From positions 1,116,001 through 1,180,000 of the forward strand of contig OU015566.1 of NCBI GenBank assembly GCA_907165135.1: DNA of 64,000 nt, given 5' to 3'. Of the stretch, positions 25,906-38,900 are shown piece after piece. Every line of letters begins with the position of its first letter. Position 1 is the stretch's first letter. The DNA comes from Oikopleura dioica. Taxonomy: Eukaryota; Animalia; Chordata. The position numbers were made by a program, and so were the translations under genes. Under the pieces are notes generated by a model. The model ran no database searches. It worked only from the letters and a program-made list of their open reading frames with translations, and was not told where the DNA came from.

Positions 25906-26590
25906 CAATTCCTGAACTGTTGATGACGCAAAAAAAAGGAAGAAAAATCTTTCAAATCGAATATTTCGTCTGCTGTTAATTACAGCCTGTTATATTTATA
26001 AATTCAAAAATATTGTTCTTATTCTGACTCAACAATTATTTGTTTATTTAATAATTGATAAAAAGATAGTTGAATCGTCGGTGCTTAAAATTGTTTCATC
26101 CATACCTTGTCTTCTTATTGTTACTATATATTTTTCGCATCATGTTGGTTTTCTCAGAAGTTGACTTTTGAACATCATTATTTATAAGTAAAATAGTTCA
26201 ACCTTAATTCAAGATTTACCACTTTTATGACGAGACGAATTCGAAGTATCTATAAAAGGATGATAAAATAGAAAGTTGAGCATAAGAAGAAACTTTTAAT
26301 TTTATTAATTTAAAAGTCTCCTTTGAACCTATCTAACCGGTTATATTTATGGTGGGGTCTACCCTCAAAACATGATCAATATTCAGAAATAAGAAGCAAG
26401 GTCAATATCTCAAAGATATAATATTTAAACGGTGCTCTTTCCATCCTTTTCGTTTTTTGTTTTTCTTCTTTCTTTTCTCCTCCCAATCTCTTCAAGCTTT
26501 CATTCGAGTGTTACAGTGTGTGTACTAGTTCCTCAAGTTTATTTCAATCATCCATATTTAATTTCCTGAATTATGAATTATTGCCAGAAA

Positions 26591-29470
26591 TGCTAAAAAT
26601 ACCATCATTCTCAATGTTAATTTTCATCTGATTGATTTACTGTTTTCTTGCTTTGGTTGAATAAATTTATGATCAATTTAGAAAAAAAAACACAAATAAA
26701 AAAAAAGAAGAAAATTGATAAAAAAATTTCTTCTTTTATTGAAATTTCAAATTTTTATTTGCAATTTTTATGCAGGTTCGATATTAAAATTAATTTCCAG
26801 CGCTTACAAGTCTTCAACTAAGCCTAATAAGTAGGGGAAATCACTAATAATTGAGCTTTTTTTTGGGCTTAGTAGGGTAGGCATATAATACAGTTTTAGA
26901 TAGCCCAAAAGCTGGGGATCATTTTGACTATTGATACTGGGGGGTGATCTCGTACCCTGAGGGCATTTAGGTACCTCCAAAGTCCCAAAATCTGGCCAAC
27001 TTCGGAAATTTGAATTTTTAAGTGCCTGGAGTGGCCTTTCAGAGCCAGCGACTATGCTAGAATTGTAGCCCAGGCTCTGACGGTCATTTTGAGATATAGA
27101 AAAGTACTGAGACCCCCGGGTTCCTGAGGAGCTAGAGGCCCTTGAAGTTGGGGAACTCGACAAAAAATGAGTACTTTTTCACAAAAGTACACTATTTGTG
27201 TCACAAATGCCTCCCAAAGACTTTTTATCTATGCTTCTTCATGAAAATATGTTCGAGAAAATATTTGGGGTCATCCGAGGTCACTCTAGGTCAGAAATTA
27301 TGAAAAATTTAGAAAAACTGTCATTAGTGACCCGATCTGACCTCAGATGACCCCAAATGATTTCTCGAACATATTTTCATGAAGAAGCATAGATAAAAAG
27401 TCTTTGGGAGGCATTTGTGACACAAATAGTGTACTTTTTGTGAAAAAGTACTCATTTTTTGTCGAGTTCCCCAACTTCAAGGGCCTCTAGCTCCTCAGGA
27501 ACCCGGGGGTCTCAGTACTTTTCTATATCTCAAAATGACCGTCAGAGCCTGGGCTACAATTCTAGCATAGTCGCTGGCTCTGAAAGGCCACTCCAGGCAC
27601 TTAAAAATTCAAATTTCCGAAGTTGGCCAGATTTTGGGACTTTGGAGGTACCTAAATGCCCTCAGGGTACGAGATCACCCCCAGTATCAATAGTCAAAAT
27701 GATCCCCAGCTTTTGGGCTATCTAAAACTGTATTATATGCCTACCCTACTAAGCCCAAAAAAGCTCAATTATTAGTGATTTCCCTACTTATTAGGCTTAG
27801 TTGAAGACTTGTAAGCGCTGGAAATTAATTTTAATATCGAACCTGCATAAAAATTGCAAATAAAAATTTGAAATTTCAATAAAAGAAGAAATTTTTTATC
27901 AATTTTCTTCTTTTTTATTTGTGTTTTTCTAAATTGATCATAAATTTATTCAACCAAAGCAAGAAAACAGTAAATCAATCAGATGAAATGCTAAAAATAC
28001 CATCATTCTCAATGTTAATTTTCATCTGATTGATTTACTGTTTTCTTGCTTTGGTTGAATAAATTTATGATCAATTTAGAAAAAACACAAATAAAAAAAG
28101 AAGAAAATTGATAAAAATTTCTTCTTTTATTGAAATTTCAAATTTTTATTTGCAATTTTTATGCAGGTTCGATATTAAAATTAATTTCCAGCGCTTACAA
28201 GTCTTCAACTAAGCCTAATAAGTAGGGAAATCACTAATAATTGAGCTTTTTTGGGCTTAGTAGGGTAGGCATATAATACAGTTTTAGATAGCCCAAAAGC
28301 TGGGGATCATTTTGACTATTGATACTGGGGGTGATCTCGTACCCTGAGGGCATTTAGGTACCTCCAAAGTCCCAAAATCTGGCCAACTTCGGAAATTTGA
28401 ATTTTTAAGTGCCTGGAGTGGCCTTTCAGAGCCAGCGACTATGCTAGAATTGTAGCCCAGGCTCTGACGGTCATTTTGAGATATAGAAAAGTACTGAGAC
28501 CCCCGGGTTCCTGAGGAGCTAGAGGCCCTTGAAGTTGGGGAACTCGACAAAAATGAGTACTTTTTCACAAAAGTACACTATTTGTGTCACAAATGCCTCC
28601 CAAAGACTTTTTATCTATGCTTCTTCATGAAAATATGTTCGAGAAATCATTTGGGGTCATCTGAGGTCAGATCGGGTCACTAATGACAGTTTTTCTAAAT
28701 TTTTCATAATTTCTGACCTAGAGTGACCTCGGATGACCCCAAATATTTTCTCGAACATATTTTCATGAAGAAGCATAGATAAAAAGTCTTTGGGAGGCAT
28801 TTGTGACACAAATAGTGTACTTTTGTGAAAAAGTACTCATTTTTTGTCGAGTTCCCCAACTTCAAGGGCCTCTAGCTCCTCAGGAACCCGGGGGTCTCAG
28901 TACTTTTCTATATCTCAAAATGACCGTCAGAGCCTGGGCTACAATTCTAGCATAGTCGCTGGCTCTGAAAGGCCACTCCAGGCACTTAAAAATTCAAATT
29001 TCCGAAGTTGGCCAGATTTTGGGACTTTGGAGGTACCTAAATGCCCTCAGGGTACGAGATCACCCCCCAGTATCAATAGTCAAAATGATCCCCAGCTTCT
29101 GGGCTATCTAAAACTGTATTATATGCCTACCCTACTAAGCCCAAAAAAAAGCTCAATTATTAGTGATTTCCCCTACTTATTAGGCTTAGTTGAAGACTTG
29201 TAAGCGCTGGAAATTAATTTTAATATCGAACCTGCATAAAAATTGCAAATAAAAATTTGAAATTTCAATAAAAGAAGAAATTTTTTTATCAATTTTCTTC
29301 TTTTTTTTTATTTGTGTTTTTTTTTCTAAATTGATCATAAATTTATTCAACCAAAGCAAGAAAACAGTAAATCAATCAGATGAAATGCTAAAAATACCAT
29401 CATTCTCAATGTTAATTTTCATCTGATTGATTTACTGTTTTCTTGCTTTGGTTGAATAAATTTATGATCA
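26591..29470. repeat. Nested palindrome: two about 1.36-kb foldbacks forming a larger 2.8-kb palindrome
   Basis: Four copies of a roughly 650-bp arm in alternating orientation (same spurious ORF at 26804-, 27459+, 28284-, 28844+); spacer tgctaaaaataccatc recurs at 26591, 27989, 29386. Confidence 0.92.
27268..27353. promoter_or_regulatory. Two opposed triple half-site DR4 arrays (RGGTCA-N4-RGGTCA-N4-RGGTCA); mirrored at 28654-28739
   Basis: GGGTCAtccgAGGTCActctAGGTCA (27268-27293) and TGACCCgatcTGACCTcagaTGACCC (27328-27353); motif is seen, function inferred. Confidence 0.4.
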
Positions 29471-30318
29471 ATTTGATCAAAACTGTATTATATGCCTACC
29501 CTACTAAGCCCAAAAAAAAGCTCAATTATTAGTGATTTCCCCTACTAATAAGATTTCTTCTCCGCGCAGCTGCTAGAATTGAATAGCTAGAATCGAATAA
29601 ATTTGGCGGTGGAAATACAATTTCAAGTTTGTTCGCGCTCGGTTGCGCTTATCCGCAAAATGCACCTGTTGATAACACCGGCCGCACTACGCCATCCACG
29701 CTTACAAATACACTGATAACAAAATAATGTACAAAAAGTAACCGCAACAGTATGTCACCTGCTTCCTTTGGTTTTCAAAACTCTTGCGCGCTGGGAACGC
29801 GCCGTAAAAAGTTAAAACTTGGCTGCTGATTGTTTCAGAAAAATATATTTATTATTCCATTTATTATTCGATCCTTATTTTTGGTTATTATTGAGAAATT
29901 TCGCGGTTTTGAAAAACTTCTGAAATCAACACCTTCAAAGGGTAAAAATGTAATTATTCATGACGCGGAGGATCACGTCGTTATTTCAGCTGGTGGCGCT
30001 CATCACGTTTTGGAGGTGGCGCGGCGCCATCTCATTTTTTTTTCTTGCGCTTCTTTTTTTACACCTTCGAGCAATCTTTATTTTTACGCGATTATTTTTG
30101 TTTTGGCGTTCAATTTCTTCCCAGAGAATAAGAAAAATATCAAGAATTTGAAAGATCGACAAAGCTGCGGCAGAAAAAGCAAGAGAGCACCTTCTGTCAG
30201 ATTGCGCCAATATTTGAGAAAACTGGTTGCGAGATAAATTTCCCGGCTGATGAATTACGACTGATTTAATATACACGCGCTTCTGTATTTCGCCGAGAAG
30301 GACAGAGAAGATAGAAGA

Positions 30319-33300
30319 ATGAAGATAAGATGGAGTGTGATATTGAACATAGCGCTTGCAACCCTGCAAACTGCGAGCAGATACAAACGGCAGCACAGTC
30401 AACTTGCCAGTAGGAATCATGGTTCGTAAAGTCAATATTTGACGGCGGAAGTCAGTGTTGGAAAACCCGCAACATTTCCCGCGGGCGCGGGCGGGCGCGG
30501 GGGCCGATTTCAAAATTTTCCGCGGGTGCGGGCGGGCGCGGGGGCCAATTCCAAAATTTCCTGCGGGTCCGGGCGGGCGCGGGGGCCAACTCAAAAATTT
30601 CGTGCGGGTCCGGGCGGGCGCGGGCGGGGGCCCCGCAGATTTTCGCGCCCGCGGGCGCCCGGGGGGTGGAGGGCGCCCGTAACCCTCGCGTCCGCAAGCC
30701 CCGCGAGTTCAGAAATCAGCAAATAAAAAAAATAATTTTTGATAAAAACCATAATAGAGTTATAAACTAAGATAATTTGAATTTTTCAAACGATGGGTGT
30801 GGGTGGGGTTGGGGACAAAACTGAGATTGATCAACTAAGAGTTCCCAGCCATTGTCAAGCCCCTTAAATTCAAGAATCATGGAACAGGGCTGAGACGGCC
30901 CGAAGTGCCGTCAAGCCCCTTAAATTCAAAATCATGGAACAGGGCTGAGACGGCCCGAAGGGCCGTCAAGCCCTTAAATTCAAAAATCATGGAACAGGGC
31001 TGAGACGGCCCGAAGGGCCGTCAAGCCCTTAAATTCAAAATCATGGAACAGGGCTGAGACGGCCCGAAGGGCCGTCAAGCCCCTTAAATTCAAAATCATG
31101 GAACAGGGCTGAGACGGCCCGAAGGGCCGTCAAGCCCTTAAATTCAAAATCATGGAACAGGGCTGAGACGGCCCGAAGGGCCGTCAAGCCCTTAAATTCA
31201 AAATCATGGAACAGGGCTGAGACGGCCCGAAGGGCCGTCAAGCCCTTAAATTCAAAATCATGGAACAGGGCTGAGACGGCCCGAAGGGCCGTCAAGCCCT
31301 TAAATTCACAAATCATGGAACAGGGCTGAGACGGCCCGAAGGGCCGTCAAGCCCCTTAAATTCAAAAATCATGGAACAGGGCTGAGACGGCCGGAAGGGC
31401 CGTCAAGCCCCTTAAATTCAAAATCATGGAACAGGGCTGAGACGGCCCGAAGGGCCGTCAAGCCCCTTAAATTCAAAAATCATGGAACAGGGCTGAGACG
31501 GCCCGAAGGGCCGTCAAGCCCTTAAATTCAAAATCATGGAACAGGGCTGAGACGGCCCGAAGGGCCGTCAAGCCCTTAAATTCAAAAATCATGGAACAGG
31601 GCTGAGACGGCCCGAAGGGCCGTCAAGCCCCTTAAATTCAAAAATCATGGAACAGGGCTGAGACGGCCCGAAGGGCCGTCAAGCCCTTAAATTCAAAATC
31701 ATGGAACAGGGCTGAGACGGCCCGAAGGGCCGTCAAGCCCTTAAATTCAAAAATCATGGAACAGGGCTGAGACGGCCCGAAGGGCCGTCAAGCCCCTTAA
31801 ATTCAAAAATCATGGAACAGGGCTGAGACGGCCCGAAGGCGGAAAAAATCGCGATTTTCACGCTTAGTACTATTTATACCCATTTTTACATGGGCAAACA
31901 TTTCGGGTTAAGATGTTTGTTAAGAGATAGTGTGATACATCAAAATGATTCTCAGAAAGCTGGGAATATATGGCACAAAAACTTTTTAACGCCCATTTTT
32001 CTCTTTTCTTCCATTTTGGTCACTAGACTGGGATGGACACTAGGTTCATGTTCGAGTTTAGGTTTCGGGCTCTGTTTTGGTTTGGGTTAAGCTTTGGTTT
32101 CGGGCATTCTATTGATCAAACGATGGCATTAAAATCCATGTGCCATACATGCCACAATTGTCGTCGGCGGGTGAAATTCCGGTTTGTCGTTGTAAGGTTA
32201 ACATGCCATGAGACCTGTGATAAAGAGAGGGGAATCGGCCATTTGGCCGTCAAGCTCAATTTAAATTCAAGGCGAGGGCAGGGAATGATAACAACGCCCG
32301 GGGGCCCCGGGCGGCTGAAAAAAATTTGTACGGGCGCGGGCGGGCGCGGGGGCCAAATCAGAAATTTTTTGCGGTCGCGGGCGGGCGCGGGGGCCAGATC
32401 CGAAATTTTTTGCGGGTACGGGGGGCGCGGGCGCCCGCAGCCCCCGCCCGCCGCCCCCGCGGGGTTCGCGGGCGGGTTTTTTCCAACACTGGCGGAAGTG
32501 AACTTGATGATTTGGGGATTTTCGAAATGACAGTTTTTCTGATACACCTCATTGTCAAAAAAACTTTCGATTCTTCCGTTCTTTTTTTCGTTTCTTCTAT
32601 CGATTCTTCCCTAAAAAGATTCAATGATCGCAATTTTTCTTCGAGAAATTTTTTTGAAAAAACTGAAAATAATTCATCAAATTTATGAATTTTATTTTTT
32701 GATCCGTAAACTCAAAAAAAATTGATCATTTTTTTCTTTTCTTAGCTCAATTACTAACCCTAACCCTAAGTCTTCTTCTTTTTCTGACTCTTACTCCCTT
32801 ACCCTAACTCTGGCAAACCCTAACCTAACCCTAACCTTAATTCATCAAACTAATAAATGAGATAATGAATATTCCCCCTGTCTTTTACCAACCCACAAAA
32901 GCATGGATACAAAATCAGAAATCGACCTTGGCGAAGTCTCTTGCGCTGAACTTTACACCGGAATTACCTGTTGGTGCAAAAAGAAGCAAGTAGAAGTGAA
33001 GAATTTCAAATACGTCGTCATAAGGCGGAAAATCTTTCGCGAGAAAAAATACGGTCGAAACTTGAGTTGCCAAGAATTGGTCAGTATTCAAAGCGATATG
33101 AGCAGACTCGGTCGAAGAAAGTTGGGATCAACATCTTTTTATCGTCAATTTCTTCATTTCTCGATTTCTTTTGCCAAGTCATTGAAAGTTGATCCCTTCT
33201 AGGAAGATAGATTCGTGCCCTGAAAAGTCGCGCGCTGACTTCAACACGAAATTGAAGCAATTTTTCATGAGCAGAAGCGGTGCAGCTGACATCGGCGCCG

Positions 33301-35213
33301 CCATTCAACGCCACTTTATCAAGGTCGACACGAACGGCGATCAGCTTGTGTCGAGGAAAGAGATCAAGGTTCGGGTTAAAAGAAGAACTATGCTTATTAT
33401 GATGGGTTGGAGTCCGGAACCAACAAAAATTTTCGACAAATTTTGCGTCGGCGGTTGCTGATTGGCTGGTTGGCCGAATCCGGGCTTCTGATTGGTTGAA
33501 AATTTGGGAAGGTGTCTGGAACCGACAAAAAATTTCGACAAATTTTTCGTGGAAATTTTCAACCAATCAGAAGCCTGGATTCGGCAGACTGGCCGAATAA
33601 TTTATTTTATTTCATCCCAATGAGCGGCCGAGTAGCCGCCCGCGCAAGATTTGTCGAAATTTTTTGTCGGTTCCAGAAACCTCCCCATTAATAATGCAAT
33701 CATAATGATTGCTTCATTTAACCCCGTCAAAGTCATTCTTCCATGAGATCAAAAAAGAAGCAACATTCAACTCGCGTGATCGTGGATGTTTCTCAAGTTT
33801 GATTTCTCGCTGTGACTTCACAAACGGAGCTTCGAAGAATAAACTGACTCTGGTCGAATGGAGCAAATGCTTCGATCTGCCTACACAGGTTCATTCATTC
33901 CTTCTTCTTCAACCATTCATTTCTTCTTTAGCACGCGCCAATTCCTTCATCGGATCCAAAGTCAATCATCGATCTTCTCAAGCAAGGTGAAATCACTCTT
34001 CCCCCTCGAGAATCAAAAAAGTCTTCAGTCGACGAACCGGTGACCTCATCTCCAAGCGGAGTCCTCCCGCCAGGAGTGACGCAAATTGTCACCGATCGTC
34101 GCTCAGGAAGCGCATCATCTTCCGCCCGGGTACCATGTTTTTCTGAGAAAGAGACGATCGCCAACTGCCATAAAACTCAGAGGACATCCTCCAAAGTATC
34201 CGCTCCGAAGTTTACGAATGGCAAACTGGGGGTTTCTTCTAGTGACCAGGAAAGGAATTTGAACTCTTATCTGTTCGAAAAATCTTATTCGAGAAGCCGC
34301 TTGCGGCTTCGAGTCAAAAAGAATCGGAGCCGCGGGTAGCGCGGCTTGTCCGTCTTGTTTACTCGAAGCCGCAAGCGGCCTCTTGATTTTCATCCCTTTA
34401 AAATCCCGAAAAGCTCTGTCGTCCCCTCCCATCTTGCAGCATTTCCGAGCCCCGACTTTGGCGACGAATTCAGTGCGACGCAGAAAGCAGTCTTTGCTGG
34501 TGTGTGGACACAAAAACAGGCGCTGTGGACAACAATTATCGAGTCAACACGCGAAAAGGATCCGCCGGTGGCCTCCGATGTCGGGACGGGTTCGCAAGTT
34601 ATTAATTACCCTTTTTGTTATTTCTTGTGAATTTGCTTCGAGCCGCCAATCGAGTGATAGTGGAATTTCTGGCTGTTCTGCGAATGTTTTTGAAAATGTT
34701 CAGCGAAAATTGGGCGACTTGATGGAGGAGCATTTTCGATCTCATCCGGAGACGCAGGTTTCTGTCATGATGGAGAATAATGAAATCATGGCCAAATATC
34801 GACACAAAGGTAATCTAAAAACAAGTTCCTCTTTCTTCATTCGGAATGAATCATTCCATTTTAGGAGCTTTGCCTGCCGCTTGGTTTTTCAGCGTTCACG
34901 ACACTTCAACCCGTCGGAAAAGAAAAGATACTCGTGGAAAAGACAATGTTTGGCGAAAATCAGAGCAAATGACGGTCAGGCTAAAATTGACGGAAATCCT
35001 GAGAAATCTCGAAAGCGCGAAATGCATCCGACGATTTATTTCCTACTGTGATTCGATTGGCACTGGTCGGACTGATCGGAGAATTGGGGTAAAATGGGAA
35101 TTCAGTGGGGTTTGATTAAAAATTATTTTAGAAAACAGATTTCATCGAATGCATCGATAAAAATCACATCCGCCATGTTGATACTCAAAAAGATTCATCA
35201 ACTTACCAAGTAA
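30319..35213 (+). CDS. SMOC: SMOC-like SPARC-related modular calcium-binding protein; assignment of 5' exons tentative
   Basis: TY domain IPPC..VSCAELYTGITCWC; EC domain RHFIKVDTNGDQLVSRKE and GCFSSLISRCD..LTLVEWSKC; second TY QCDAESSLCWCVDTKTG; second EC AWFFSVHD..KCIRRFISYCD. A signal-like exon MKIRWSVILNIALATLQTA lies at 30319. Confidence 0.72.
30453..32491. mobile_element. Non-autonomous hAT-type element (2039 bp) with GC-rich arms and minisatellite cargo
   Basis: TIR cagtgttggaaaacccgc / gcgggttttttccaacactg; exact 8-bp TSD GCGGAAGT (30445-30452, 32492-32499); gcgggcgggcgcggggg subterminal repeats. Confidence 0.92.
30854..31839. repeat. 54-56-bp tandem minisatellite, about 18 units, related to 21651-23118
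   Basis: Unit aaaatcatggaacagggctgagacggcccgaagggccgtcaagcccttaaattc with an identical hairpin core. Confidence 0.97.
33409..33685. mobile_element. Two adjacent copies of a roughly 145-bp CCAAT-containing MITE in a SMOC intron
   Basis: Ends ggaaccgacaaaaaatttcgacaa / ttgtcgaaattttttgtcggttcc; core gccgaatccaggcttctgattggttgaaaattt. Confidence 0.7.
34291..34384. repeat. 94-bp inverted repeat (MITE-like) in a SMOC intron
   Basis: gagaagccgcttgcggcttcgagt / actcgaagccgcaagcggcctctt (22 of 24 match). Confidence 0.5.
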
Positions 35214-35275
35214 GATGACGCTCATTTTCCCTCATTTTCTGACGAAATCAATTTAAGTTAGTGCATTTTCTGATT

Positions 35276-35442
35276 ACCAATAAGATCGCTGTTTCTGGCC
35301 TACCGGCCAATCGAAACCCTGATCCATAATAATTTCTTTTAATTGGTTACCCACCATTTTCGGGTTATACCAATTTATGGAAGTGATTTTATGGATCAGG
35401 GTTTTGATTGGTCGGTAGGCCAAATACAGCAATCTTATTGGT
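35276..35442. repeat. About 170-bp imperfect palindrome (MITE-like)
   Basis: accaataagatcgctgtttctggcctaccggccaatcgaaaccctgatccata is mirrored by tatggatcagggttttgattggtcggtaggccaaatacagcaatcttattggt. Confidence 0.6.
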
Positions 35443-35941
35443 TATTAGAAATGCAATTCCATAAATCGGTTTATGGCTCATTTTCACGGTTTTTAGCAAT
35501 ACTTCAACAAACTTCAAGGAAAATCAAGATGATCCAATTCGACATTCCTACTCTTATCAAAAAATATTATTGTTCACTATTTCTATTTAGGATATTTTTT
35601 TCGTGGAATAAAAAAAGAGTACTGCCAAGAGTGAAATTGTCGTTTTTGCATATGTTTTACTTCCTCCGTTCAAAGCGTGGCGATCATTCGCCAAAACAGC
35701 TTTCATTTTCGATGACATGCTAAAGCAACAGCTCTAATAGAATGAAAACAAGGTGCGAAAATGATTCCCAGAAGCCGTCAATCTCGACCGCCCGGTTAGA
35801 ACTCGGCGCGCGCTCCGACAAAATAAAATAAATCAGAAATCAATTATAAAGGCCGCTATCGTCTTCATTCGCGATCCAGTTTCGTATTTGAAGCAAAATT
35901 TATTCATTTTTTTCTTTGAGAGATAATTTCGAGAAGAGAAA

Positions 35942-38900
35942 ATGAAGAAAAAAGGGCATCAAAAGATATTCCAAATATTCATGCTCATGCTCGGGCTTTT
36001 GAGAGAAGCGCAGGCTCAAGGACAGAGTTGCGCTAATTTGACTTGCCCTGGAACTTGTGCTTGTAGATTTATCGAGGTAATGAGGGGTGATAGAAAGGAA
36101 ATGATTGCCTTTTCAAAATAAAGGGGGGGGCGTCAGGAACCGACAAAAAATTTCGACAATTTTTGCGTGGACGGCTACTCTGCTGATGATTCGCCGGTTA
36201 GATGAATCCAAGCTTCTGATTGGTCGAAAACTTCCACGAAAAATTTGTCGAATTTTTCATCGGTACCTGACACTTCCTCAAAAAAGTCGGAGAAAATCCA
36301 ACATGAAGAACCCGATTTTTGGGTCAGAACTTTTTTATCTTCGTTTAGTTTGATGTAAAATTTGACAATTGCGAGTGCCTCTCCGACCAAAGCCCTTGCG
36401 AAGCGCGCCCAACAGAAACCTGCGATGTCGAGGCTCCCTTTTTCTACGAATGTGTTGACATTTTAATCGAAAACTCAGGAGGCGGGGAAGAGTTGGACAA
36501 GCTATGCACTTGCCCGCTTGGACGAGCAACGCACTTTGATTTGAGCACTTTTAGCTTGGTTTGCATCGATGTTGATGAGTGTTCTTCTGGGGAGCATAAT
36601 TGTGGCTCGACGGCGATCTGCGCGAATACCGATGGCTCTTACATTTGTGAGGACATCGACGAGTGCTCCGAAGGAACCCACAACTGCGCCGCCTCCGAGA
36701 CCTGTCTCAATCACGAAGACGGCTTTTCATGTCAAATAAATGACATGTGCGCGGTCCTTCAGCCTTGCCACGAGCGAGCCACTTGCGAAAACACCGATGA
36801 CGGGAGCTATATTTGCACATGCGCTTCAGGCTTCGAAGGCGACGGTGAAATAAGCTGCGAGGACATCAACGAGTGTACTAGTGGAGGCTGGCCGAGGGGT
36901 GGTTGCGATTGGTGGGGAAATGGTGGAAAGTGCATCAACGAAATTGGTTCTCATCGGTGCGTTTGTCGCAAGGGCTTTACCGGTGATGGAATAAAGTGCG
37001 AAGATGTTGATGAATGCGAAGAAGGATCCCATACCTGTGCGACAGACGCTTCTTGCGTCAATACTAAAGGAAGTTTTACTTGCACCTGCAATGTTGGTTT
37101 CTCCGGAGATGGAAAATTCTGCACGGATGTTGACGAATGCGCCACTGAAGAAGACAATTGTAGCGAACACGCGATATGTTCCAATTCCGTCGGAAGCTTT
37201 TTCTGTTCTTGCAAAAGTGGTTTTTCCGGCGACGGGCAAAACTGCCAAGAAATTGATGAATGTGAGAGCGAGTCGCATGGTTGCTCTGAAAATGCAACTT
37301 GCTTGAATCTTCCTGGATCGCATGTTTGCTCTTGTAACGCTGGATTCGAAGGAGATGGAGAGACATGCACGGATATTGATGAGTGTGCTACCGAAGCTCA
37401 TAACTGTCATGCGAATGCTTCTTGCCTGAATCGACCCGGCGGCTGGGATTGTGCTTGTGATGATGGTTTTCAAGGTGATGGGATGAGCTGTGAAGATGTC
37501 GATGAATGTCAAGCTGGAAGTCACAGCTGCTCTCAGAACGCCTTGTGCGTCAATTTAGAGGGAGATCATCATTGCATTTGCAAAACTGGCTATGAAGGTG
37601 ACGGCAAAACCTGTTCTGATAGAGATGAATGCGCTCTTGGGATTCATAATTGTCACGAAAACGGTGTTTGCTCGAATACCGCAGGGTCGTATTCATGTTC
37701 TTGTGCTGCCGGATACGTTGGTGATGGAATCAACTGCGAAGATATTGACGAATGCGCTACTGGTGGACACAATTGTCATGCAGCGGCAAATTGCAATAAT
37801 AATCTTGGATCTTGGGCGTGTTCTTGCCGTGCTGGATACAGTGGATCTGGGCAGAATTGCTTTGATGTTGACGAGTGCGCCGACGGCAGCCACTATTGCT
37901 CCTTAGTTGGCGGAAGTTGTCAAAATACAGATGGCTCATTTTCCTGCTTCTGTGTTGAAGGGTATTCTGACGACGGAGTCAACTGTTCTGATATTGACGA
38001 ATGCGCAGCAGAAACTGATAATTGTCATGCAAACGCAATCTGCTCGAATACCCAAGGAAGCTATCAGTGCTCGTGCAAAAATGGCTTTGCTGGTGACGGA
38101 ACTAATTGCGAAGACATTAACGAGTGCGAGAAAGGAACTGATAATTGTGATGAAGACGCAAATTGCGCGAACAGTCTTGGCAGCTTTACTTGCACATGCA
38201 ACGATGGCTTTTCTGGGGATGGAATCAGCTGTGTTGACAATAACGAGTGCGAGACAAACGAGCATAATTGCCATTCAAATGCAAAATGCACCAATTCTGA
38301 TGGTTCTTTCCTCTGCGCGTGCAGAAGAGGATTTTCCGGCAATGGAATCACCTGTGCAGACATAGACGAGTGCGAGGACAATTCTCATAATTGTGATCCT
38401 AATGCAAGCTGTACGAATACTATTGGTTCTTTTAGTTGCTCTTGCAATTCTGGTTTCGGCGGCTCTGGTACTGAATGTGCGAACATAGATGAATGTGCGC
38501 TCGGACAGCACGATTGCCATGCAAATTCCATTTGTGAAAATACTTTTGGCTCTTACGATTGTTCCTGCAAAGATGGTTTCATCGGTGATGGCAAAAACTG
38601 TGAAGATGTCGATGAATGCGTAGGTGGTGCGCATGATTGCGATGTGAATGCAAGCTGTTCCAACACTCTTGGCTCCTGGAGCTGTTCATGCAATGGTGGT
38701 TTCGAAGGAAATGGGAAGGTGTGTGAAGACATCGACGAATGCTTTGTTGGATCTCACAACTGCGCGAGCACGGAGGATTGCATCAATAGCGAAGGTGGAT
38801 TCACATGCAAGATAAACGACATGTGTGCGGTTCTTCAACCTTGCCACGAGCGAGCCACTTGCGAAAACACCGACGACGACAGCTACACTTGCACATGTGC

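Noticed and set aside
26804-29203. Four copies of an MSSSPTSRASSS.. ORF as a gene family
   Set aside because: They are the palindrome arms; copies differ by homopolymer frameshifts and show no protein-like features
21651-31839. Hammerhead ribozyme in the satellite unit (CTGAGA-stem)
   Set aside because: The core would need CUGANGA before stem II and GAAA after it; the unit has CUGAGA and UCAA, and I see no stem I/III with a UH site on either strand
29986-32688. Pro/Arg/Gly-rich ORFs and the FEFKGLTALRAVSALFHD repeat ORF
   Set aside because: Translations of GC-rich subterminal repeats and of the 54-bp satellite unit
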